From: Verrucomicrobiia bacterium
GTDB taxonomy: Bacteria > Verrucomicrobiota > Verrucomicrobiia > Limisphaerales > UBA1319
Length of the DNA: 64,000 bases
Direction of reading: 5' to 3'
Assembly: GCA_963664225.1 (NCBI GenBank)
Contig: OY760937.1
Location: 1,440,001-1,504,000, forward strand
The notes under the pieces were generated by a model, which was not told where the DNA came from, ran no database searches, and worked only from the letters and a program-made list of their open reading frames with translations. Shown here in pieces: positions 10,151 through 19,652 of this stretch. A program made the position numbers and the translations under genes. Numbering within the stretch: position 1 is the stretch's first letter; each line of letters begins with the position of its first letter.

Positions 10151-10199
10151 CCCCTCTCTCCAACTCTCTCCCCACTCGTGCCTCGCGGGGCGAGAGAGA
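10151..10199. repeat. REP-like palindromic intergenic element
   Basis: CCCCTCTCTCCAACTCTCTCCCC...GGGGCGAGAGAG imperfect hairpin resembling the CCCCTCTCCCCAACCCTCTCCCC...GGGGAGAGGG class of dispersed repeats; single copy in this window. Confidence 0.5.
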
Positions 10200-10308
10200 A
10201 GATCGCGCGCTCAGTTCTTCGAGCGGACTGTGTTCTTTCGACCTATATACTTTCATGTCGGTTAAAATCGTTTTTCGGCGGGCTGAAGAATTTTGTCCTG
10301 CCCCCATA

Positions 10309-11307
10309 TCAGGTTTGCGGGCCACGGGGGGCGAATAAATTCCGTCCCATTCCCACGATACGCCGGGCATATTTTTCGCACTGCTCCGTGAGTCCCGGCT
10401 TTGTGTTTGTTGGATGGATCCATTCCTCCGGGTAATTTGCGCGGCCGACTCCACACGAGGAAACATGCCCCCGGATCTGATCGGCTAGGAAGGGTAATAA
10501 TTGATATCGGTGAAGCACCAAATTGCGCGCGTGTTCGATGGCATCCCGATTTCTGCCCCAGGCATCCTTGGCGATTGCCTCGCGAATCTTGTCGATGGCT
10601 TGGGGATCCTCCATGTCCAAATCGACGATGGCTTCAGCCGGGAAATAACTCGAGATTCGCGTGCAACCGCAATAGATCGGCATGGTCCATGCAAGGAAAC
10701 AGTCCGCAATTTTCTCAGTCCAGTAGAATGGGTTGCGATAGTTCTCTGCCGCAAAGGAATAGCGGTAACCAGCCAGGGCATCCCATTTTTCAGGGATTTC
10801 GCGGAAGCCCCGGCCATAATGATCGAGCGCGATGGATGATTTTATTTGATTCAGGAATGCAAGGCGCGATCGATGTCCGGAAAACATCGTGTTGTCGCTG
10901 ATCACGGCTGAAACATTCATGCTTTTGGCGCACGGCAGCAGGTTTGAAAGTTCCCCATAGGAGCTGTTGACCCGCCAGTTGAGTGCGGGTTGCGTCCAAA
11001 CATATTGTGGTCCCACCAAATCCGTGTCCTGCGTGAAAATTCGGCCATAGTCCTGGTTTCCGCGGTGCAGCGGTTTCCAGAACTCAGTCGGCGGTTCCTG
11101 CATCAGCAGCCAGATGTTTTCCCGGAGGCAGTTGACCTTTAGCGGTTCCTCCACTCCGTTTAAAACGACGCAGTAGTCCGTTGGTTCCAAAGCGTTGGCA
11201 AGAAACCGGAAATCCTCCCAAACGCCATCTCCCGCTGGCGATTGTCGCAGGTAGATCGGTGAATGTCTTCCGATCAGGTTAATCGTGATCGCGGCAGTTC
11301 GTTTCAC
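10309..11307 (-). CDS. Glycosyltransferase family 10 (alpha-1,3-fucosyltransferase-like)
   Basis: YRYSFAAEN...YWTEKIADCF...PIYCG matches the GT10 motif. Confidence 0.82.
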   Translation of the reverse strand: MKRTAAITINLIGRHSPIYLRQSPAGDGVWEDFRFLANALEPTDYCVVLNGVEEPLKVNCLRENIWLLMQEPPTEFWKPLHRGNQDYGRIFTQDTDLVGPQYVWTQPALNWRVNSSYGELSNLLPCAKSMNVSAVISDNTMFSGHRSRLAFLNQIKSSIALDHYGRGFREIPEKWDALAGYRYSFAAENYRNPFYWTEKIADCFLAWTMPIYCGCTRISSYFPAEAIVDLDMEDPQAIDKIREAIAKDAWGRNRDAIEHARNLVLHRYQLLPFLADQIRGHVSSCGVGRANYPEEWIHPTNTKPGLTEQCEKYARRIVGMGRNLFAPRGPQT

Positions 11308-12137
11308 ACGTTTTGCCCCAATAACCGGAATATACGGCGAACGAGCCGATAAAATGGATGCGGTTTTCCTGAATGCATTTGACCTGCAATCAGGGTCCCA
11401 TACGGCGAATTTGCGAATGGTTTATCCGCGTAGGAACCCTTAAGCAATTCACCCGGAGTCCGGAATTCAGGCAACTTGAAGCGGTTGCCGTGCGGAGACG
11501 GATTTCTGAAAATGGGCAGCCCATGCTTGACGGCAAGAAGAGATAACACGGATTGATCATGGCGGTGATCCTTGAATCCATCAATATCGGGCATTCCACA
11601 TGTGTTGGGGATGTCCGTCAGTATTCGTTCGTCTTCGCACCATGATAGCCACTCGGCCACAAATGCGCGACTCGTCTCGCAATTGCGGAGCAGAACGGGG
11701 GAGCCATTCACTTGCTCTGCTTCGTAGTACTTGGACGAATCACACCCCATCAACACAAAACAGTCTCTTTTCGTCCAAGAACGATTCAAATTACCGTGGT
11801 TGCCGGTTATAACAATGGGTTGTTCATCGCTGGCCAGATCAAACAGCGGCGTTAAACTGGAGGTTACCGTAAAGTCAGAATCGAGGTACAGTATTGTGTC
11901 ACCTTGTTTTGCCTGTTCAAGTGTCTTTAGAATGACATACGGTTTCCAGAGCCAGTAACCGGCACCACGTGGTTGCTCCAATATATTGCGATGCCGCTTG
12001 TAATACCCCGAGCGGTATAGGAACCATGGGGAAAATCCCTGGCAGTGTTTTACTCCCGCCTGACGGGCAGAATGGAACAGTCGGGCGCGCGACTCTCTGT
12101 AGAGAAGGGTGGAATACGAAATTACCTGGCACATCAT
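11304..12137 (-). CDS. Putative glycosyltransferase (GYWLWKP...HRHDQS family)
   Basis: RGAGYWLWKP, LYLDSD, HRHDQS; ATGA overlap with the wzt stop. Confidence 0.7.
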   Translation of the reverse strand: MMCQVISYSTLLYRESRARLFHSARQAGVKHCQGFSPWFLYRSGYYKRHRNILEQPRGAGYWLWKPYVILKTLEQAKQGDTILYLDSDFTVTSSLTPLFDLASDEQPIVITGNHGNLNRSWTKRDCFVLMGCDSSKYYEAEQVNGSPVLLRNCETSRAFVAEWLSWCEDERILTDIPNTCGMPDIDGFKDHRHDQSVLSLLAVKHGLPIFRNPSPHGNRFKLPEFRTPGELLKGSYADKPFANSPYGTLIAGQMHSGKPHPFYRLVRRIFRLLGQNV

Positions 12138-13393
12138 TGTTGAGCGCGAGACTTTAAGTCTTCTTTCAGCCACACCCAACCGCTTCCCAGTCGGTACTCG
12201 AAGACTATTCCTGTCGGCGTGGCTGAGGATTCAGCAGAAATAACCGCCGCTGATGGAATAGTTACCCAACCCGACTTTCCTGGATCAGTCAGGTAGATGT
12301 TGATCGTGTATAATCCCTTGGTAAGACGTGGCAGTGCAATGGCATGTTTAATGAAGAACTTACCAGATGCTCTCGGCACGTTCAGCCCCTTTTCGTGTCC
12401 GTGAGAAAAGAAAGCCAGCGGGATGCCCTGCATATCGTATATGCGAACCTCGAGCTCGCATACGAAAGACTCTGACATTGCTCCCTCGACCTCGACCGTT
12501 AAAACATCGGAATCTGGAGAAAAATCAATCACGTCAGTCTCGCTGCCATTGATGCGAACAGCATCAATTCTGAATCGTGAATCGCATCTCGAAATGTGAC
12601 TGATGATGGAATCGCCAGAATTCTGATTGCCCGTGTAGGACTCTATGCATTGGTTGATCGGCCCAACGGTCGCAACCTTACCAGCATTGAGATATACACC
12701 TTTGTGGCAGAGCATTCTTACTGCGGCCATGTTATGGCTGACAAACAACACCGTGCGGCCTTCCCTGGCCACCTCGCCCATTCTGCCAAGGCACTTTTTT
12801 TGAAATTGCGCATCCCCCACCGCGAGCACTTCGTCCACCACCAGTATCTCGGGTTCCAAGTGCGCGGCCACCGCAAAGGCCAGGCGGACGTACATGCCGG
12901 AGGAATACCGTTTCACTGGGGTGTCCAGAAATTGTTCCACTTCGGCAAAAGCCACGATTTCATCAAACTTGCGTTTGATCTCCGCTCGCGTCATTCCCAG
13001 GATGGCGCCGTTGAGGTAAATGTTCTCGCGCCCGGTCAATTCGGGGTGAAATCCCGTCCCAACTTCCAACAAGCTGGCCATGCGACCACGCAAGGTGATC
13101 TTCCCATTCGTTGGTGGCGTGATCCTGGACAGGACTTTCAAAAGCGTGCTCTTGCCCGCCCCGTTGCGGCCAATGATGCCGACCGCCTCGCCTGCCTGAA
13201 CCGAAAAGCTGACATCCTTGAGCGCCCAGAACTCCTCGTACTTGGGCAAATGGCGATGCCGCGATAGAAAGCGACGATAGAAACCATGGGCTTTTTTCGC
13301 CATCTCGTCACGCAGCGAGAGGTATCGCTCCCGATTCGCGCCGATCCGGTAGCTTTTGCCCAGTCCTTCGATTTCGATGATGGGTTGTGCCAT
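12134..13393 (-). CDS. wzt: Polysaccharide ABC exporter ATP-binding subunit with C-terminal Wzt domain
   Basis: GRNGAGKST Walker A, YSSGMYVRLAF, VVDEVLAVGD. Confidence 0.92.
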   Translation of the reverse strand: MAQPIIEIEGLGKSYRIGANRERYLSLRDEMAKKAHGFYRRFLSRHRHLPKYEEFWALKDVSFSVQAGEAVGIIGRNGAGKSTLLKVLSRITPPTNGKITLRGRMASLLEVGTGFHPELTGRENIYLNGAILGMTRAEIKRKFDEIVAFAEVEQFLDTPVKRYSSGMYVRLAFAVAAHLEPEILVVDEVLAVGDAQFQKKCLGRMGEVAREGRTVLFVSHNMAAVRMLCHKGVYLNAGKVATVGPINQCIESYTGNQNSGDSIISHISRCDSRFRIDAVRINGSETDVIDFSPDSDVLTVEVEGAMSESFVCELEVRIYDMQGIPLAFFSHGHEKGLNVPRASGKFFIKHAIALPRLTKGLYTINIYLTDPGKSGWVTIPSAAVISAESSATPTGIVFEYRLGSGWVWLKEDLKSRAQQ

Positions 13394-14290
13394 TTACGCT
13401 ATATCCGCAAAATATCGCTCGGTGGCTCGAAAGTAAGCCAGGCCGATCACCAGATAGACCGCGCTCATGAACAGGGATATCCCAAGAACATCCCATTGAA
13501 ACGCGGATCCGGCCGGTGCATTGGAGACAACCCCGGCGATGGTCGATGTTGCGTTGGAGAGACTGCTATTACCTATCATGTGCAAACTTGCCCGTGCATT
13601 GGAGATGACCCCTGCGATGGGATTAAGCCAGGTCATGGCCGTTTTAGCAACCGGGTGGTTATCAAGCATGTTCAGAGGGTAAATGACCGGCGTGACATAC
13701 ATCATGATATTGATCACGAAGGGCAGGGCGTAGCGAACATCCCGATATTTGACATTGATCGCAGCCAGGAAAAGCCCAATACCCAATGAGCAGAGCATGG
13801 TGGTCAAAAGAAGGACCGGGAGAGTAAGAAGACCCATCCAACTTGGAGCCACTCCATACCAAACCATCATGCCGACGAGCACAAGGGAGGCAATGGCCAG
13901 ATCGACGAGGCCTGTCGTCACGGCGGTTGCAGGAAGGATCAGGCGCGGAAAATAGACTTTCTGCACCAGCGCCACATTAGTCACGAGGGCCTGGCTGGCG
14001 TTGGTGAGCGTTCCAGAAAAGAATTGCCATAACAATTGACCGACGCAGAGAAACACGGGATAGGGGGTGCCATCACCGCTCTGAATGCCCGCCATGCGAT
14101 TGAAAATGAACGAGAAAATGACCATGGTGGTCACCGGTTGGAGCACAGCCCACGCCACGCCGAGCGCGGTCTGTTTGTAACGGACAGAGATGTCGCGCCA
14201 GGCAAGAACCAAAAAAAGATCCCGGAAATGCCAGAGTTCGGCCCAATCGATGCGGACAAGGCCTTTTGGCGGGGTGATGGTTTGTTCCAT
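13394..14290 (-). CDS. wzm: Polysaccharide ABC exporter permease
   Basis: RDISVRYKQTALGVAWAVLQP, KVYFPR, YRDVRY, ERYFADI. Confidence 0.92.
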   Translation of the reverse strand: MEQTITPPKGLVRIDWAELWHFRDLFLVLAWRDISVRYKQTALGVAWAVLQPVTTMVIFSFIFNRMAGIQSGDGTPYPVFLCVGQLLWQFFSGTLTNASQALVTNVALVQKVYFPRLILPATAVTTGLVDLAIASLVLVGMMVWYGVAPSWMGLLTLPVLLLTTMLCSLGIGLFLAAINVKYRDVRYALPFVINIMMYVTPVIYPLNMLDNHPVAKTAMTWLNPIAGVISNARASLHMIGNSSLSNATSTIAGVVSNAPAGSAFQWDVLGISLFMSAVYLVIGLAYFRATERYFADIA

Positions 14291-15004
14291 GGTGGTCAGA
14301 AGGCGTGGGCACACTTCGTGCCGGTCAATTCAAAGGCCATTTTTCGGCTGTCGAATCTACGTTATTATTGCCACAGAGTGCTTTAGGGCCATCACATTGG
14401 TGATTCGGAAGGCCGATAGGGCGCAATTCAGTCACCTGGCCACTGCAAAAATGCTCGTCTCGGCTTAAGCAAGCAACCATCACGCCTCCGCCTGGTTGCC
14501 GCACATGTGCCCTGATTTTACGGCCTTGTTTGGACCTGCTGCCCGTCCAAATGCAAAGCCCAATTGTGAACGCGCCGTAGCGCAATTGCAAGTCCAGCAC
14601 CCAAAAATATGGAGCTGTGAAGGGGGCTGATTTCCGGGCGAAGTGCTTGCTGTTGCTCAAGACTCGCCCTGAACCTGCGCCTTGGAGGACTCCTTTGATG
14701 GGTGATTGGTTAATCCGTCTTTCTGAGTCATAACGAATGCTCGAGCAAGGCGCGTTGCAACATTTTCATAGATTCAATGTAACGTTAACGTGCGGAGACG
14801 CATTTTTCCCGTATAACAACAGAGGCGACTTTCAAAAGGGTCCGCATGGTTCACCGGAGTCGTCGGTCATTCGCAAACATGCGAAGAACAAGCTGGGATC
14901 AGCACCCAATTCGAAGAAATATGGCTACTGCATTTTTCATTTGAATCGCTTGTCGGCTTTGGCAAGGTTCATGCGAACTCAAGCCAACAGAATAGCGTAT
15001 TTAT

Positions 15005-16351
15005 ATGAAAAAGCCTTTTTCACCCATCAATCGACGCGGTTTCCTAAAAGCTTCGGCCACGGCGATTGCTTCGTTTACGATCGTTCCAGGTTCTGTGCTT
15101 GGACTTAACGGGGCTGTTTCCCCCAATAGCAAATTGAACATTGCCTGCGTTGGGATTGGAGGGCAGGGGGCCGCCGATCTCGATGGTGTCAGCGGTGAGA
15201 ATATTGTGGCCCTGTGCGATGTGGATTCCAAACAGGGAGGCAAGAGCTTTGAAAGATTTCCAAAAGCAAAGACATTCAAGGACTTTCGCAGGATGTTCGA
15301 TGCGGTGGAAAAGGATATCGATGCGGCCGTCATTGCCACTCCTGACCACGTTCATGCGGCAGCGGTCTTAAATGCCATTCGGCGCGGCAAGCATGTTTAT
15401 TGCGAGAAACCCCTGGCGCATTCCGTTTATGAGGTCAGGACCGTCATGGAGGAGGCCCGCAAGCACAAAGTCGTCACACAATTGGGCAATCAAGGACATT
15501 CTTACGATTCGATCCGCACCTTTTGCGAGTATATCTGGGACGGAGCCATCGGTAACGTTCGTGAGGTACACGCCATGTGCAACAGCGTCTATAGCCACAT
15601 GAATGACCTGGCCATTCTCGATCAAAAACAGGCGGTTCCAGAAACTTTGGATTGGGACTTGTGGCTGGGGCCCGCGCAGAACCGTCCCTATAATTCGACT
15701 TATGTGCCCGGAAAATGGCGCAGTTGGATGCCGTTCGGAACCGGAGTGATTGGCGACTGGACCTGCCATGTGGTCGATCCCGTATTTTGGGCCTTAAAGC
15801 TGGGTGCGCCTTCGACGATCGAGGCTGAAACCGGGGATTATGATCCCAAGATACACGGTGACACCTTCCCAAAAGGCTCCATTGTTCGCTACGAATTTCC
15901 CGCCATTGAAAATCGCCCGGCTGTGAAGCTGATTTGGTATGATGGAGCGAATCGCCCCGCCAAACCCGAGGAGCTGGACAAGGGCCAATTGCCGGGCATT
16001 GGGGCATTGGTGGTGGGTGATAAGGGTAAAATCCTTTATGGCTCACATGGAGCGGCAGGAGTCAAGTTATTGCCAGACAGCCGCATGAAGGAATACAAGG
16101 AACCGGCCAAAACCATTCCCCGTTCACCTGGCCACCACAAGGAATGGATCGATGCATGCAAGAATGGCAAGCAGGCGGAATCGAATTTCAATTATGGCGG
16201 ACCACTGGCCGAAGTCGCATTGTTGGGGGTCATCGCGATGCGCGTAAAAAATCGGAAGTTGGAATGGGATGGGAAGAATATGCGATTCACCAATTCGGAC
16301 GAGGCCAATCAATTCATTAAACCGACCTTCAGGGAAGGGTGGGGGCTTTAA
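15005..16351 (+). CDS. Tat-exported Gfo/Idh/MocA family oxidoreductase
   Basis: NRRGFLK twin-arginine signal, VGIGGQG, ATPDHVH, YCEKP. Confidence 0.92.
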   Translation: MKKPFSPINRRGFLKASATAIASFTIVPGSVLGLNGAVSPNSKLNIACVGIGGQGAADLDGVSGENIVALCDVDSKQGGKSFERFPKAKTFKDFRRMFDAVEKDIDAAVIATPDHVHAAAVLNAIRRGKHVYCEKPLAHSVYEVRTVMEEARKHKVVTQLGNQGHSYDSIRTFCEYIWDGAIGNVREVHAMCNSVYSHMNDLAILDQKQAVPETLDWDLWLGPAQNRPYNSTYVPGKWRSWMPFGTGVIGDWTCHVVDPVFWALKLGAPSTIEAETGDYDPKIHGDTFPKGSIVRYEFPAIENRPAVKLIWYDGANRPAKPEELDKGQLPGIGALVVGDKGKILYGSHGAAGVKLLPDSRMKEYKEPAKTIPRSPGHHKEWIDACKNGKQAESNFNYGGPLAEVALLGVIAMRVKNRKLEWDGKNMRFTNSDEANQFIKPTFREGWGL

Positions 16352-16393
16352 CAAATCGGGTTAATCGACTCCGGCAGAAAATATTGCTGAAAT

Positions 16394-16428
16394 GAACACG
16401 CCGTCTGGATTTTTCAGACGGCGTGTTC
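16394..16428. terminator. Hairpin terminator between convergent genes
   Basis: Perfect 14-bp stem GAACACGCCGTCTG/CAGACGGCGTGTTC. Confidence 0.8.
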
Positions 16429-16477
16429 TTTGGAACCGAATTTTGCGAGGAATCACCCTCGTCGACTTAGCACAGCG

Positions 16478-17188
16478 TTATTCTGCGACTTTCTTCTTTG
16501 CTTCGTCGGGAATCTCCATTTTTGTCGTGCCGACATCCTTGATTTCGGTGGTGGTGATACGTTCAATCGCCCTCTCCTGTTGGTCTTGACCAAATGCCAC
16601 CTTGCCCTCGACTTTGAGAATGTATTTTTGGATCATGCCATCCTTGATCCAGATTTTTACGCTCCCCTTGGCGTCTTTGGGGGCCGGGGTATTGGCACGA
16701 TTGCGACGGCCCATTGTCATGAGCTGCTGTGCGCCTTCTTCGGTCAAGTCGGCCGAAAGAACGCCTTCATCCTTCTTTAGTTCCTTAACCTTCGTAGCCA
16801 GATCCGCGACTTCAGCGCTGGGCGCTTTGGTGTTGAGCAACATGCGTTGGAACATCGCGCCTCGATTATTGGCCCCAGGAGCTTCCAATTCGGTTTCCGC
16901 CTTCCACCCGCTGTCCGTCTTGACCACGCCCTTTTTCCCCATCATGACCGCTTCGGTGGTTACGTTTTGCATTTCCGTGCTGACCATGATGAATCCGTCC
17001 TTGTTCGCCTTGCCCAGGCGAGGCGCCGGAGTGTATTGGGATCCTGGCACTTCCACTGTAGTCGCCCAGGAATAATTTGGCTGATCCGCCAATTTTTTCG
17101 CTGCAGCCTTGAGATCTTCCGTGTTGTCAGCGAGGACAATCAATGAGGTGGCTGCACAAAGAACACCTGCCAATAAAACTTTTTTCAT
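16478..17188 (-). CDS. Secreted hypothetical protein
   Basis: Signal peptide MKKVLLAGVLCAATSLIVLA; protein-like composition. Confidence 0.8.
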   Translation of the reverse strand: MKKVLLAGVLCAATSLIVLADNTEDLKAAAKKLADQPNYSWATTVEVPGSQYTPAPRLGKANKDGFIMVSTEMQNVTTEAVMMGKKGVVKTDSGWKAETELEAPGANNRGAMFQRMLLNTKAPSAEVADLATKVKELKKDEGVLSADLTEEGAQQLMTMGRRNRANTPAPKDAKGSVKIWIKDGMIQKYILKVEGKVAFGQDQQERAIERITTTEIKDVGTTKMEIPDEAKKKVAE

Positions 17189-17313
17189 AGTTGGAATTAG
17201 ATTGGTTACACCGTTTCAAAGCTATTTGACCGCAAAACTTCGAACTTGGTTACAAAAAAACGACGATATTTTGCTTAATATAATCGACCTCGCGATCCAC
17301 GAAAGTGTGAGAT

Positions 17314-18735
17314 TCAGGATGGAAAATTCAACTTATCTCGAAATTCCCCGGGAAGTGAGAGTTGAGTCTGGCGTCCCAACCATTGCAATGCTTCATCCAC
17401 GGTAAAGAATTCCCCGTTGAGTTGCGCCTCGAAAGCGTTGTGCAGCACCTTGCCCATTGCAGGGCCGGGAAGAATCCCCAACGGCAACAAATGCCGACCA
17501 AGGAGAATGGGCATTGGAGCGTGCTGGTGCAAATCCAATTCCCGCGCCATGATTTCCAATTGCGTGATCCCCGTCGGAATAACGGGATCCAAAGGCGGAC
17601 GCCCCATCGAGTCCGCTGACATCACCAGGCACAAGTCCTGAATGTTTGCTGGTCCCAATCGTCGTGCAAGCCGCCGGATCATGCGATCGGTCGGTGGCTG
17701 CAAATGAACCAGATGGTTAAGGACCAGAGGGATTACCCTGAGAATGATATTCTGCGGGGCGTTGATGCGATTGAGGAATTGTTCAGCCAATGCCCCGCCA
17801 GCCTCGGCGTGTCCCGGTGAGGTGATTCGCATCCGGCCTTGTTTGATCGTTTCAGCGGTTGTTATCGGTTTTCCAAAATCATGCGCCAATCCAGCGAGCA
17901 TCATCACGATGCGTGATGTTTCATCGGCGGCCTTCCATTTTTCCATGCCGCACAAAGCATCGCAAACATGACAGGTGTGTGTAAAAACGTCGCCTTCGGG
18001 ATGCCATTGCGAATCTTGCGGCGTATCCAAAAGATTGTGGATTTCAGGGAAATGCCGGGTCCATCCAGTCTGAGCGAGAAATTGTAAACCAGCCGATGGA
18101 AGCGTGCTTTTGGCGGCCCATTTGAACCATTCCTCCCGGACTCGTTCAATGGCCAACTCGTTATAGCCACAGTGGATTTCAAAGCAAAGCCGGATTGTTT
18201 CCGGGGCGGCCTGGAGCCCAAAACGACCGGCAAATTGCATTCCGCGCAACACGCGCAATGGGTCTTCGGAAAATGCCGGACTGGTATGACGCAGAATCCT
18301 TTTTTCCAGGTCCTGGCGTCCCCCATGGAGGTCAATGATGCATTCCTTGCGCGGATCGTACATCATGGAATTGATTGTAAAATCGCGACGGGCCGAAGCT
18401 TCAAATAGTGAAATATCCGAGTCAAATTCGATATCAAAACCCTTATGCCCCGGGGCGATCTTGGAATCGCGCCTCGGCACAGTAAAATCGTATATGTTCC
18501 CGGTCTGCGTGGTAAGTTTGACCACCCCAAAAGAACGTCCCACAGTGTCAGTCCTGCCCCAACCGGCCAGTGAGGTGTTCAGATCCGCATACGAAACACC
18601 AAAAACCTCAACGTCGAAATCCTTACTTGGAAGCCCCAGCAGCCAATCGCGCACGCAACCACCCACCAGAAAAGCCTGCTGCAGCGCTTTTGTGTTTGTC
18701 AGAATTTGTTGCAACTCGGGTGGTGTCATAAACAT
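17314..18735 (-). CDS. cca: Class II CCA tRNA nucleotidyltransferase with HD domain
   Basis: VGGCVRD..LG...KDFDVE, RRDFTINSM, EDPLRVLR, HPEGDVFTH...LAHDFGK. Confidence 0.85.
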   Translation of the reverse strand: MFMTPPELQQILTNTKALQQAFLVGGCVRDWLLGLPSKDFDVEVFGVSYADLNTSLAGWGRTDTVGRSFGVVKLTTQTGNIYDFTVPRRDSKIAPGHKGFDIEFDSDISLFEASARRDFTINSMMYDPRKECIIDLHGGRQDLEKRILRHTSPAFSEDPLRVLRGMQFAGRFGLQAAPETIRLCFEIHCGYNELAIERVREEWFKWAAKSTLPSAGLQFLAQTGWTRHFPEIHNLLDTPQDSQWHPEGDVFTHTCHVCDALCGMEKWKAADETSRIVMMLAGLAHDFGKPITTAETIKQGRMRITSPGHAEAGGALAEQFLNRINAPQNIILRVIPLVLNHLVHLQPPTDRMIRRLARRLGPANIQDLCLVMSADSMGRPPLDPVIPTGITQLEIMARELDLHQHAPMPILLGRHLLPLGILPGPAMGKVLHNAFEAQLNGEFFTVDEALQWLGRQTQLSLPGEFRDKLNFPS

Positions 18736-19085
18736 TGGAAATAACCTTCCTCGACGGTCGGTGGGGCGTCAATACCATTGCAGACTTCAAGCGACGGATG
18801 GCTTCCAATTTTATTGAAATGAACGGAGTTTGTTTGGTTATTAAAATAAGAAACACATCTTAAGCAATTGGAGTGCAACACTTAAACGAAAAATCAAAAG
18901 CAGTTTACCGGCATCCTGACGAATTCTGTAACAATTCGATTCATCCCAGTGTCATTAGAAGCGTAGACGGAAACTAATAAGTTACTTGAATGAAAATCAA
19001 CCGGTCAACATTAAGAGGCGCCTATTGCGAAGTCATCGCAAGGATGGCCTGCATGGCCGGAGAAACAGCTAAGGGGGAATAGTTT

Positions 19086-19346
19086 ATGCCTGTCGTCGCC
19101 AAGTTTTATGGGATCGTGATTCGGATGTTATGTGTGAAATTGCTTGGGGCGCGAATTCACGCTTTTTACGAGAATTGGGAACTGGTCATCGGGCTTGCGC
19201 CATTGCGGATCATTCAGGGCGAAGCTCCCTACTGGGTGCGAAACAGAGTCATGGCATGGGCTGCGAAGCATGAGCAGGATTTGCTCACCGCCTGGAATAC
19301 TTGCGCGAATGGACATCGACCTGGAATGATTTCATCTTTGGTGTAG
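19086..19346 (+). CDS. DUF4160-like small protein
   Basis: MPVVAKFYGIVIRM...IHAFY...V.AWA..H..DL..AW. Confidence 0.75.
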   Translation: MPVVAKFYGIVIRMLCVKLLGARIHAFYENWELVIGLAPLRIIQGEAPYWVRNRVMAWAAKHEQDLLTAWNTCANGHRPGMISSLV

Positions 19347-19368
19347 GTTGTTTGAAAGCGCAAAGCTT

Positions 19369-19572
19369 ATGAGAATATTCTTAGGATTGATGATGTGGTG
19401 TCTGCTGTTGGTGGTTTGCTGGCCGCTGGCCTTGCTGGCCGTGATTCTTTTCCCTTTGTTTTGGCTCGCGAGCCTTCCTTTTCGGCTGTTGGCCATTGTG
19501 GTGGGAGCTGCGTTTGCCTTGATTAAGGCAATTCTGTTTTTGCCCGCCCGAGTATTGGGTTCCCGCAGTTAG
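19369..19572 (+). CDS. Small hydrophobic membrane protein
   Basis: CWPLALLAVILFP...LPFRL...LFLPAR pattern; fills the gap before the convergent gene. Confidence 0.65.
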   Translation: MRIFLGLMMWCLLLVVCWPLALLAVILFPLFWLASLPFRLLAIVVGAAFALIKAILFLPARVLGSRS

Positions 19573-19652
19573 AGAATGGCTCTGCAGAATTGGAGCGCCA
19601 ATGATCGGTCCAACCCTTTGCCTTTTCCCGGTTTGACTTTAAGGACAGTCCC

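Noticed and set aside
14481..14492. ops-like GGCGGAGGCGTG on the minus strand upstream of wzm
   Set aside because: Lacks the central TA of the ops consensus GGCGGTAGCGTG, no JUMPstart hairpin is evident, and such GC-rich words arise by chance
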